Positions 1 to 9,143 of a stretch of DNA of 21,854 nt are shown in pieces; the stretch's first letter is position 1, and the number at the start of each line of letters is the position of its first letter. A program made the position numbers and the translations under genes. The notes beneath the pieces were generated by a model, which saw only the letters and a list, made by a program, of their open reading frames with translations, was not told the DNA's origin and ran no database searches. Source of the stretch: Octopus sinensis. Taxonomy: Eukaryota. The stretch covers positions 1 through 21,854 of the forward strand of contig NW_021823634.1 in assembly GCF_006345805.1 (NCBI RefSeq), written 5' to 3'.

Positions 1-156
1 GAAGGGGAAGAGAGGGAAGGAGGGAGGGAGAAGAAGAGGGAAGAAGGGAAGGGGAGTAGTGAAGGTTGAAAGGATGAAGGACTGAAGAAGTAGGGGACGG
101 GGGGAAAGGATAGGTGAGGAGGGGGGGAGAGGGGGGTTAGATGAGGAGGGGGGAGA
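1..156. repeat. Purine-rich (G/A) low-complexity tract downstream of the PLE frame
   Basis: Mostly G and A on the + strand; probably the pyrimidine-rich 3' region of the PLE. Confidence 0.7.
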
Positions 157-609
157 GTTGAGACCAAATGGCGTATAAGAGCGAAGAGAGAAGATTAATT
201 CCTGTTCACGGCGCAAACGGGAATCCGGATGGCTCTGTGTAAGGACAAACCGAACACAGATAGGTGTTGCAAGGAGTGACCGGTGGAGCGGAAATGGCGT
301 GAGACCGGTGTGTCGTTCGCAAGGTGGATGTCACGAAGGTGTTCCGCGAACCGGTCAGCCAAGCGGCGTCCCGTTTGTCCGATGTACAAGGAATTGCAGA
401 GAGAGCAAGAGATGCAATAGATAATATTGCTGGAGGTGCAGGTGAGGGAGTGGATGATGGGATAGGGTCGATGGTGGGTGCTAGTGAGGCGGGTGGTGTT
501 GGAGAGGTAAGGGCAAGTGCGGCAACGTGGACGGGAGCAGGGGAACGAGCCGGGTTGGGAGGTAGGGTCAGGGAAGGAGCTATGGACCAAAAGGCTCGTT
601 TGAAAGAGG

Positions 610-612
<3 letters not shown>
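157..612 (-). mobile_element. Penelope-like element (probably Neptune-type) 3' fragment: GIY-YIG endonuclease, frameshifted
   Basis: The minus frame reads [13 protein letters not shown] (CxxxxCxxC linker), then [34 protein letters not shown]...PVSRHF (GIY-YIG with C/H motif). After a 1-nt shift near 232 it continues [25 protein letters not shown] (GLN at 165-157), the usual PLE C-terminus. The 5' end is cut at the (TA)n tract. Confidence 0.88.
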
Positions 613-644
<32 letters not shown>

Positions 645-652
645 CATATATG

Positions 653-684
<32 letters not shown>

Positions 685-860
685 ACATATATGTATATAT
701 ATATATATATGTGTATATATATATATATGGTATGTATATATATATGTATATATATATATATGTGTGTATATATATATATATATGTGTGTATATATATATA
801 TATGTGTGTGTAATATATATATATGTGTATATATATGATATATATATATATATATATATA
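612..860. repeat. Compound (TA)n/(TG)n microsatellite
   Basis: Read directly from the sequence. Confidence 0.97.
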
Positions 861-1871
861 TAGGCCACTGGTGTTGAATAAAATACTATTAAATTAGTAT
901 CTAATTCTCTCACCCTTATTAATTAATTATAATTATGCTGCATTTATTTCTAAATGCTGTATTTGTTTTGTGAAAGTTTGGCGCGCTGTTGGTTGGGGCA
1001 TTTGAATTATAACGTCGGATGTAATCAATTGAACCACACGCGTATTTATCGTTATGGTAAAATCTGGCGTGTGATTGAGTGGATTTCATCCAGACAGTCT
1101 TGGCTGACGAGCTACAAATGGATTTTTTTGTAAGTAATATTACATTTAATTCATTAATAGCGAAACAATTGTCCCAAAATAATCTGTATTTTTGTTATTT
1201 TTTACTTGCCCTGTCCGTGTGAGCTAACAGTCGTACTGGCTTTCATGGGAAACATGTATTTTCGTGGTTGAAACCTTTTGGATTAACTGGTGCTAGAGTG
1301 AGCAATATAGTGACCACTCTCTTATATTTATTTTGTAAAAATATTATAATATGTTATAAAATATTATAATAATCCAGGTTTCTCGTAGCACTAGGCCACT
1401 TGGTGTTGAATAAATATACTATTAAATTAGTATCTAATTCTCTCACCCTTATTAATTAATTATAATTATGCTGCATTTATTTCTAAATGCTGTATTTGTT
1501 TTCCGTGAAAGTTTGGCGCGCTGTTGGTTGGGGCATTTGAATTATAACGTCGGATGTAATCAATTGAACCACACGCGTATTTATCGTTATGGTAAAATCT
1601 GGCGTGTGATTGAGTGGATTTCATCCAGATAGTCTTGGCTGACGAGCTACAAATGGAGATTTTTTTGTAAGTAATATTACATTTAATTCATTAATAGCGA
1701 AACAATTGTCCCAAAATAATCTGTATTTTTGTTATTTTTTACTTGCCCTGTCCGTGTGAGCTAACAGTCGTACTGCCTTTCATGGGAAGCATGTATTTTC
1801 GTGGTTGAAACCTTTTGGATTAACTGGTGCTAGAGTGAGCAATATAGTGACCACTCTCTTATATTTATTTT
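861..1871 (+). repeat. Tandem duplication: copy 1 at 861-1334, copy 2 at 1392-1871, 57-bp spacer
   Basis: Both copies start TAGGCCACT and end ACCACTCTCTTATATTTATTTT. Only a handful of small indels and substitutions differ (about 98% identity by hand). Confidence 0.95.
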
Positions 1872-1948
1872 ATATATATATATATATGTATATATGTATA
1901 TATATATATATATATTGTGTTATTATATATATGTATATAATATATGTG

Positions 1949-1979
<31 letters not shown>

Positions 1980-2082
1980 GTGTATATATATATATGTGTG
2001 TATATATATATATGTGTGTATATATATATGTATATATATATGTGTATATCTATATGTATATATATATGTGTATATATATATG

Positions 2083-2154
<72 letters not shown>

Positions 2155-2167
2155 ATATATATATATA
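1872..2167. repeat. Compound (TA)n/(TG)n microsatellite
   Basis: Read directly from the sequence. Confidence 0.97.
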
Positions 2168-2168
2168 G

Positions 2169-3608
2169 GAAGGTAAAATATGCCTCATTCATAAAGGAGG
2201 TAGCAGAGCGGAAGCCAAGAACTATAGACCTATCTCTCTGACCTCACACATCACCAAGGTCATGGAACGAATAGTCAGAAGGAAGCTGATCACCTTCCTT
2301 GAAGAGAATGACTTGCTGCCCGACACCCAACATGGTTTCCGACCAGGGAGAAGCTGTTTAACTCAGCCCCTACAACACTATGACTGGGTGCTGAAACGGC
2401 TGCTCAACCACTCAAATGTGGAAGTCATATATCTCGACTTTGCAAAGGCCTTTGATAAAGTCGATCATGGAATGATATGTCACAAACTGCGTGATCTCAA
2501 CATAGTTGGAAAACTGGGAGAATGGCTTCATGACTTTCTGAAAGATAGAAGTCAGGTGGTAGTGGCCAATGGGGCCACTTCCATTAGCACGCAAATAGTG
2601 AGCGGTGTTCCGCAGGGCACTGTTCTGGGACCACTACTGTTCATAATGGCCCTCTCAGACATGCCCTCAGCCACGCAGAGAGCCACGATCACAAGTTATG
2701 CAGATGATACAAAAGTTTCACAGGCAATACAGAACCCTGAGGACACTAAACACCTGCAATGTGAGCTAGGCAAAATATACAAGTGGGCCGAAAAGAATAG
2801 CATGCAGTTCAATGCTGAAAAGTTTCAAGCTCTATACTATCAGCATGCAAAACTAAATGCAATATCCAATGAATACACTGGACCCGGAGGAATAGCAATC
2901 CCAGAGGCACAATCAGTGCGTGACCTAGGTACTTACATGAGTGATGACGCGACCTTTCGTGTACATGTTGCTAAATTGGCAATGAAATGTAGACGACTGG
3001 CCGGATGGATCCTCAGAACCTTTAGAACAAGAGAACAAGAAACCATGATGGTCCTCTGGAGGACACTTGTCCTAAGCCACTTTGACTACTGCTCTCAGTT
3101 ATGGTCACCATCCAGTGTCAAGTTGATCACAGAGCTCGAGGCGATCCAACGTAGCTACACGAAGAAGATAGCCTCTATGCAGAATGTAAGCTACTGGGAA
3201 AGACTCAAGAGATTAAAACTATATTCCCTGGAGCGTAGGCGGGAAAGATATGCCATAATATACATCTGGAAGATCCTGGAGGGAAGTGTCCTGAACTTTG
3301 GCATCGAGAGTTACGCAAATGCCAGAACTGGGCGCCACTGCGTGGTGCCTAGGACTCCAAACTTGCCTTTAAGATGTAGGACAAGATTCTGTGATAGCCT
3401 GGGCTTCCGAGGCCCACAGCTCTTCAATATCCTCCCGAAGAACCTGAGAGACCTGCATGGGGTGGATACAGATGTCTTTAAAATGAAGCTGGATCTCTTC
3501 CTGTCAGGTGTCCCAGATGAACCAACTTCACGGCAGGAGGGGCAGATGAGGGCAGCTGCATCGAACTCTCTCATGCACCAAATGGCATTTGCTAGAAAGC
3601 TCTCGTGA
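2169..3608 (+). CDS. LINE ORF2 reverse transcriptase and C-terminal region (partial, no true start)
   Basis: The frame is open from 2169, upstream of the track's Met at 2262: [11 protein letters not shown]...[70 protein letters not shown]...[16 protein letters not shown]. There is no internal stop. Confidence 0.92.
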   Translation, partial: EGKICLIHKGGSRAEAKNYRPISLTSHITKVMERIVRRKLITFLEENDLLPDTQHGFRPGRSCLTQPLQHYDWVLKRLLNHSNVEVIYLDFAKAFDKVDHGMICHKLRDLNIVGKLGEWLHDFLKDRSQVVVANGATSISTQIVSGVPQGTVLGPLLFIMALSDMPSATQRATITSYADDTKVSQAIQNPEDTKHLQCELGKIYKWAEKNSMQFNAEKFQALYYQHAKLNAISNEYTGPGGIAIPEAQSVRDLGTYMSDDATFRVHVAKLAMKCRRLAGWILRTFRTREQETMMVLWRTLVLSHFDYCSQLWSPSSVKLITELEAIQRSYTKKIASMQNVSYWERLKRLKLYSLERRRERYAIIYIWKILEGSVLNFGIESYANARTGRHCVVPRTPNLPLRCRTRFCDSLGFRGPQLFNILPKNLRDLHGVDTDVFKMKLDLFLSGVPDEPTSRQEGQMRAAASNSLMHQMAFARKLS

Positions 3609-3703
3609 AGTGAAACCAAGTAGCAACACCAAATGGCGGTGCCCCAGCATGGCCACAGCTCATAAGCTGAAACTAGAATCAATCAATCAATCAATCAATC
3701 AAT
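2169..3703 (+). mobile_element. 5'-truncated CR1-group LINE with short 3' UTR and (AATC)6 tail
   Basis: RT frame 2169-3608, 3' UTR with hairpin at 3656-3669, (AATC)x6 at 3677-3700. Both flanks are (TA)n. Confidence 0.92.
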
Positions 3704-3748
3704 ATATATGTGTATATATATATATATATATATGTGTGTATATATATA

Positions 3749-3839
<91 letters not shown>

Positions 3840-3948
3840 ATATATATATGTGTGTGTATATATATATATGTGTGTGTATGTATGTATATATATGTGTGTG
3901 TATGTATGTATATATATGTGTGTGTATGTATGTATATATATGTGTGTG

Positions 3949-3999
<51 letters not shown>

Positions 4000-4020
4000 A
4001 TGTTTGTGTGTCTGCGTTTG
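3704..4020. repeat. Compound (TA)n/(TG)n microsatellite with a 24-bp higher-order unit
   Basis: Three exact copies of ATGTGTGTGTATGTATGTATATAT at 3868-3939. Confidence 0.95.
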
Positions 4021-4231
4021 TCCCCCAACATCGCTTGACAACCGATGCTGGTGTGTTTATGTCCCCGTCACTTAGCGGTTCAGGAAAATAGGCCGATAGA
4101 ATAAGTACTAGGCTTACAAAGAATAAGTCTCGGGGTCGATTTGCTCGACTAAAGGCGGTGCTCCAGCATGGCCACAGTCACATGACTGAAACAAATAAAA
4201 AGTAACAAAAAGTAAAAGTAAAGTAATAATA
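4021..4231 (+). mobile_element. SINE 3' half with CR1-like tail and AAAAGT-type terminal repeats
   Basis: Homologous to the inverted copy at 8124-8345. Bases 4154-4192 match the LINE 3' UTR at 3635-3673 (30/39). Confidence 0.8.
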
Positions 4232-4579
4232 ATGTATTGTAATCCATTTTAATATAATGGTAAAATTATTTCATTTCACATAAGAATAAAACGAACCGAA
4301 TTTTATCTTTTATTAGCTTTCTTTCTCACCACTCAATATAGAAATTGCTCGACAACAAGTCTTCGGGATTTTAAAAGGCTTCCGATAGATTTTTGTGGTT
4401 AGATGGTCATATAATAAGTTATTTAAATTTTAATTACACAAAAGACTTTTGTCACGATTCCCATAGAAACTCTGCCCTATTTGTGAATTTCCCCTCATTA
4501 ATTCATTTCCATACTGGTATGTATGTTTGTGTCATTGTTCAGTTTTATTTCAAGATTTCTTGCCAATAGAGAAAGAGCC

Positions 4580-4630
4580 GGTATGTATGTATGTATGTAT
4601 GTACGCACGCACGCAAGTTTGTGTGTGTGT
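4580..4630. repeat. (GTAT)n/(ACGC)n/(GT)n microsatellite
   Basis: Read directly from the sequence. Confidence 0.85.
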
Positions 4631-4845
4631 AATTTTATCCTTTTTAATCAGTAATTTGGAAAGTCAAAAGAAAGAAACGAAGGACACATAGCGCTTTCAG
4701 CTTTAATAAATAAACAATACTCATTATATGATAGTCTTTATTCTGGTTTGTAGGATTCTTTTTTTTCTGTTCTGACGAACAAAAACATTTTCTCACAGAC
4801 ACACATACATATACAAGGATATGTGTGTTGTGTTTGTATGCAGGT

Positions 4846-4848
<3 letters not shown>

Positions 4849-4878
<30 letters not shown>
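4849..4878. repeat. (TG)n microsatellite
   Basis: Read directly from the sequence. Confidence 0.95.
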
Positions 4879-4881
<3 letters not shown>

Positions 4882-4932
4882 GTAACCAGTAGTTCATATA
4901 TCCCGGTGGGGATGGGGAAGCACTCTCTAAAA

Positions 4933-5133
4933 CAGTGCTTTTCAACATTTTTGCTGGAGCGGAACCCCAAGGAAACATTCCACTTGCTCGAGGAACCCCT
5001 GTGCAATAATTCAATAGTCTTATGCACACACATCTGCACAGAAGAATTAAAAATCACTGTCGATTTTAGCAGTTTTGTAACTTCTTGCGGAACCCCTGGA
5101 CTGTACTGGCGGAACCCTGGTTGAAAACCACTG
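4933..5133. mobile_element. 201-bp hAT (Charlie/Buster-type) MITE
   Basis: TIRs CAGTGCTTTTCAAC (4933-4946) and GTTGAAAACCACTG (5120-5133) match at 13/14. There is a perfect 8-bp TSD CTCTAAAA (4925-4932, 5134-5141) with central TA, and four subterminal GGAACCC motifs. Confidence 0.93.
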
Positions 5134-7365
5134 CTCTAAAACATTAGGGCAGTAATATATTTTTAGAAGGTTGTTACGGTCGGTCTGAGAGTGACCATTG
5201 GGTTTCGCACCTATAAAGCGCTTAGCTGTAAAGGCATCTCGTCAAGCTCAAATCGCCGTATGTATGTATGTAAACCTAGCTTACCGATATTGATTCTTTT
5301 AAATTATAAAAATAGAAACTTATTTGTTAATTGCGCAAAATGCTAAACATTCATATTGATTGCTTTAAAAGTTTAATTATCATTATTGTTTTTGATTTAG
5401 GCACAAGGCCAGCAATTTTGAGGGGTTGAATATTTGTTATTTTCCTCGGTCATTTAGTTATTTTGAATATTGAAGTAGGCCACTCTTTTTTCTTAAAATA
5501 ATTTTGAAATGATGGAGGCACAATCCAAAAGCTGAAAAACATGAACTAACAATGAAAACCCTTGTTTAATTCTTTCATCCACAAAGAAATCGAAGAAAGC
5601 TTTTCACATACAAACCTCCATCACCACCACCACCACCAGATTTTCGTGTTTCGAGATCCAGATTTCAACTGTAGAAATAAATATTGCAGCAGATTTGACT
5701 AAATTTCTGGCCTGCTATCGTCAAACGTATAAAGAGAAGTTAAAACCTTTAATGGAAACAAGGAACTCTTGACGCATTTATAAAGGAGAAAAGAGACCCC
5801 TTCTGTTTCACGTGAACAGCGAAACTACATCGAACGGTGAACTAAAACAAGTAATAAAGATAACTGGAGGCAATTGAACCTAACCGCCATTTATAACATC
5901 ATTTCTATGTGAATTAAATTAAGCATTTGGAACTAACCGAATCGTTGAGGTAATCCTGCGCGCGAGCACATACACACACGTAGCCCGTGAGACTACAACC
6001 TAGCTTAATTACGCTATTGGAGATCGTGGGTGTGGTAGATCTGTTATAATTCCCTGGTGAAAGAATAGGTTGCAGAAGGGATTGCAATTGATATAAACGA
6101 AAATACGAGGTAGGAGTACGGAATGAGATGCTAATATAGATAAAGAAAGATAAATTTATTTAGATAAATAATATAAAACGTATGAAATATTATTTATCAT
6201 ATCAGCAAAAAGCATCGGGAATTATATAACTTAAGTATCTACAAGCTCATTTCAATTAAGGTCTCTGCAATTTGATATTTATGTCAAAAAACAAAAAGAA
6301 TGAAATGTTAGAAAATGTACTGTAAACAACACAAAGCAAGAAGCAAGAAAAAACCTAATCATCACGTGCAGTAAGCACAAAATTTATTGTAAGAAATGGG
6401 AGGGGAATGTGTGAAAAGCAAAATATAAAGAATAGAAAGAGCGTGAGTGAGGGGTGACCTGTAAAGAAGATAAAATTTCTAAATTAGGTATAAGAAGAAC
6501 GAAGCACCTGAATACGAGATCCCAGTTTGGTGTGTAACGAGGTGTGCTAAATTTACCTGATGTAACGGGCGTGAAGAGAAAACAGAATCTGTCGATTTGG
6601 TGTTTTAGCTACCTACCACTATTTTTTATTATGTAAAGGTTCCATGTTACCTTTTTTGAATTACCAAATAAGTCTGAGATAAAACTAATTACAAAGAATT
6701 CATTAGAAAGCCTTGTAAATGAATTTTACTTTTTTGGGCAGTAGAATTATATATAAACTATATGCAAGGAATTTCACTTCGAAAGGATTAGGTCTTTTTA
6801 TTAGTCTTGTTACTGTTTTAATTTTTGGTTCTTAATATATTTTATTTTCGTATTCGTATTTGTTTGGCTTGTGACGATCTAAAAACAAGTATTGAAACTG
6901 TAAGAATCTTATTGTGCATGAGTCATTTTAGCCGACTAATAACACACAAAAACTGTTATATTTATTTTTAGTTTATGTCTCAATACTTTTGTCTGTTATT
7001 AAGTTTCAAAGTTTTGTCGTACTCCTGCGGCCATACTGAAGCAATTCTTCTAGATCATTTGAGATGCAGTGGATGTGCGTCAGTGATTTGATAAAAATAG
7101 ATTTTTGAAACTGAAATAGAAATTCCGCTTAATTAATAAAATCTCATTTTTTTACCACTAGTTTAAAATTCAGTTTAGGTTTCTATTTTTATTTTTATAT
7201 TAAAGTAGGAATTTCAATTCAGGTTTCATTTTTTTTTTCTTCTTCATCTATTTACTATCAAATCTTCATTTTAGAATTTCTGGCTAGAAAATTAAACGAA
7301 AGGAAAAATAAAAATTGGAAAAAAGTTTTAAATTAAATTTTGTATTTTTGGTTATAATTATAATA

Positions 7366-7499
7366 ATTCTTGCTAATTTTCGCACAAGGCCAGAAAATTG
7401 AGGTTAAGGTAAGTCGATTTGAACTCAGAACATAAAGGATCAAAACAAATGCTGCTTAGCATTTTGCCCGGCGGACCAACGATTCAGCCAGCTCGCCGC
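7366..7499 (-). mobile_element. tRNA-head SINE, internally deleted
   Basis: The head GGCGAGCTGGCTGAATC and B-box GTTCAAAT are joined directly to the tail GGCCTTGTGC; the body is missing. Confidence 0.7.
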
Positions 7500-7513
7500 A
7501 ATAATAATAATAA

Positions 7514-7678
7514 TTCTTTCTACCAAAGGCACGAGGCCTGAAAATTGGGGGAGGAGACTAGTCAGTTACATCGACCCAGTGTTCCACTAGTACTGAATTA
7601 ATCAGCCTCGAAAGGATGAAAAGCGAAGTCGACCTCGGCGGAATTTGAACTCAGATCGTAGCGGCAGACGAAATACCC
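7514..7678 (-). mobile_element. tRNA-head SINE lacking the first part of its head
   Basis: Contains GTTCAAATTCCGCCGAGGTCGAC, the central body, the GGCCTCGTGCC tail and (ATT)n. Confidence 0.8.
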
Positions 7679-7906
7679 ATTTCTTTACTAGCCACAAGGG
7701 GCTAAACACAGAGAGGACAAACAAGGACAGACAATCGGATTAAGTCGATTATATCGACCCCAGTGCGTAAATGGTACTTATTTAATCGACCTCGAAAGGA
7801 TGAAAGGCAAAGTCGACCTCGGCGGAATTTGAACTCAGAACGTAGCGGCAGACGAAATATCGCAAAGCATTTCGCCCGGCGTGCTAACCGTTCTGCCAGC
7901 TCGCCG
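7679..7906 (-). mobile_element. Full-length tRNA-head SINE with an alternative (Tx1-like) tail
   Basis: Intact head GGCGAGCTGGCAGAACGGTTAGCACGCCGGGCG, B box and central body. The tail ends TGTGTTTAGCCCCTTGTGGCTAGTAAAGAAAT. Confidence 0.85.
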
Positions 7907-7916
7907 ACTTAATAAT

Positions 7917-8088
7917 CTTTTCTACTCTATGCACAAGGCCCGAAATTTGGGGGGAGGGAGTCTGTTGATTAGATCGATTCCAGTACACAACTGGTACTTA
8001 ATTTATCGACTCCGAAAGGATGAAAAGCAAAGTTGACCTCGGCGGAATTTGAACTCAGACCGTATTGACGGTGGAAATGTTGTTAAGC
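7917..8088 (-). mobile_element. tRNA-head SINE with degenerate head
   Basis: Same B box, body and GGCCTTGTGC tail as the neighbouring copies. Confidence 0.8.
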
Positions 8089-8123
8089 ACTGAATACTGA
8101 TAAAAATGTATCATTGCCACATT

Positions 8124-8345
8124 GTTTCACTCATTGGACTGCGGCCATGCTACTACACCATGCTGCTATACTACCTTGAAGAGTTTAGTTCAAGAAATCT
8201 ACCCCAGTACTCATTTTTTTAAAGCCTGTGTACTTATTCTATTTGTTTCATTTGCCGAACCGCCAAGTTTCGAGGACGTAAAGAAACCAACACCGGTTGT
8301 CAAGCGGTGGTGGGGGACAAAGACGCGCGCGCGCACACACACAGT
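8124..8345 (-). mobile_element. SINE 3' half with CR1-like tail (same family as 4021-4231)
   Basis: The reverse complement contains CGCTTGACAACCG...CTTGGCGGTTCGGCAAA...AATAAGTAC...AGCATGGCCGCAGTCCAATGAGTGAAAC and starts at a (TG)/(CG) microsatellite. Confidence 0.78.
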
Positions 8346-8772
8346 CCCATTGCATGGCACCAAAATCTTGTGAATGGATTTGGTAGATGGAAACTCAAAG
8401 AAGCCCGTCGTATATCTGTATTTTTTTATTTGTTGTCCAAAAAAAACAAAAGTTCATGTCTGTTTTCGTTTCTCGTTATGGTCAAGGTTTTTTTTATGTC
8501 CTGTACCCATATATGCATGTATATGTACATATAGATGTAGCTATGTATATATTATTTATATTATATATGTGTGAATTTTGGAGAGTCTGGAAGCGGTTGA
8601 AAAAAAAACTCACTTTGACAGAAAAAGTTAAAGGATGTTGTGGGGATAATGGTAGAATATCTCTTATGTCTAAAGGCGATGCGGGTTCAAGTTCCACGGA
8701 CAGCCTTCAATATTTCGATTTTTTTTTTATTTTCAACTTAATATTTATATGCTATTTTTATACTCTTTATTT

Positions 8773-8943
8773 AAGGCGGCACGGTTGTTAGCACGCCGGA
8801 CGGAATGCTTCGCAGTATTTCGTCCGATTTGACGTTCTAAGTTCAAATTCCGCTGAGGGCGACCTCGGCGGAATTTGATCTCAGAACGTCACTACGGGCG
8901 GAATACCATTTCGTTTGGCGCGCTAACTGCCAGCTCGCCGCCC
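8773..8943. mobile_element. Two SINE heads fused in inverted orientation
   Basis: A plus-strand head runs to GAGGGC and a minus-strand head begins GACCTC; the symmetry centre is 8860/8861. Confidence 0.8.
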
Positions 8944-8952
8944 TTTTCAATG

Positions 8953-9143
8953 CTTTCTACTAACGGCACAAGGCCTGAAATTTTGGGGTAGGAAATTAGT
9001 CGACTGCATCGACCCCAGTGTTTGACTGATACTTAGTTTATCGACCCAAAAAGCATGAAAGGAAAAGTGAACCTCGCGCGGAGTTTGAACTCAGAACGTA
9101 GCGACGGGTGAAACACCGCTAGGCATTTCGTCCAGCTCGCCAC
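8953..9143 (-). mobile_element. tRNA-head SINE
   Basis: Same head remnant, B box, body and GGCCTTGTGCC tail as the other copies. Confidence 0.8.

Noticed and set aside
324-863. 179-aa plus-strand ORF
   Set aside because: It is the antisense shadow of the PLE endonuclease running into a microsatellite.
1104-1110. CTGACGA as a hammerhead ribozyme core near the PLE
   Set aside because: No stem II followed by GAAA was found, and the motif lies outside the PLE.
206-4091. Many Tyr/Ile/Val/Cys-rich ORFs in the track
   Set aside because: These are translations of (TA)n/(TG)n microsatellites, which lack stop codons.
7679-7906. SINE heads as genuine tRNA genes
   Set aside because: They have A/B-box-like motifs but no full cloverleaf or acceptor stem, and they are fused to a repeat body and tail.
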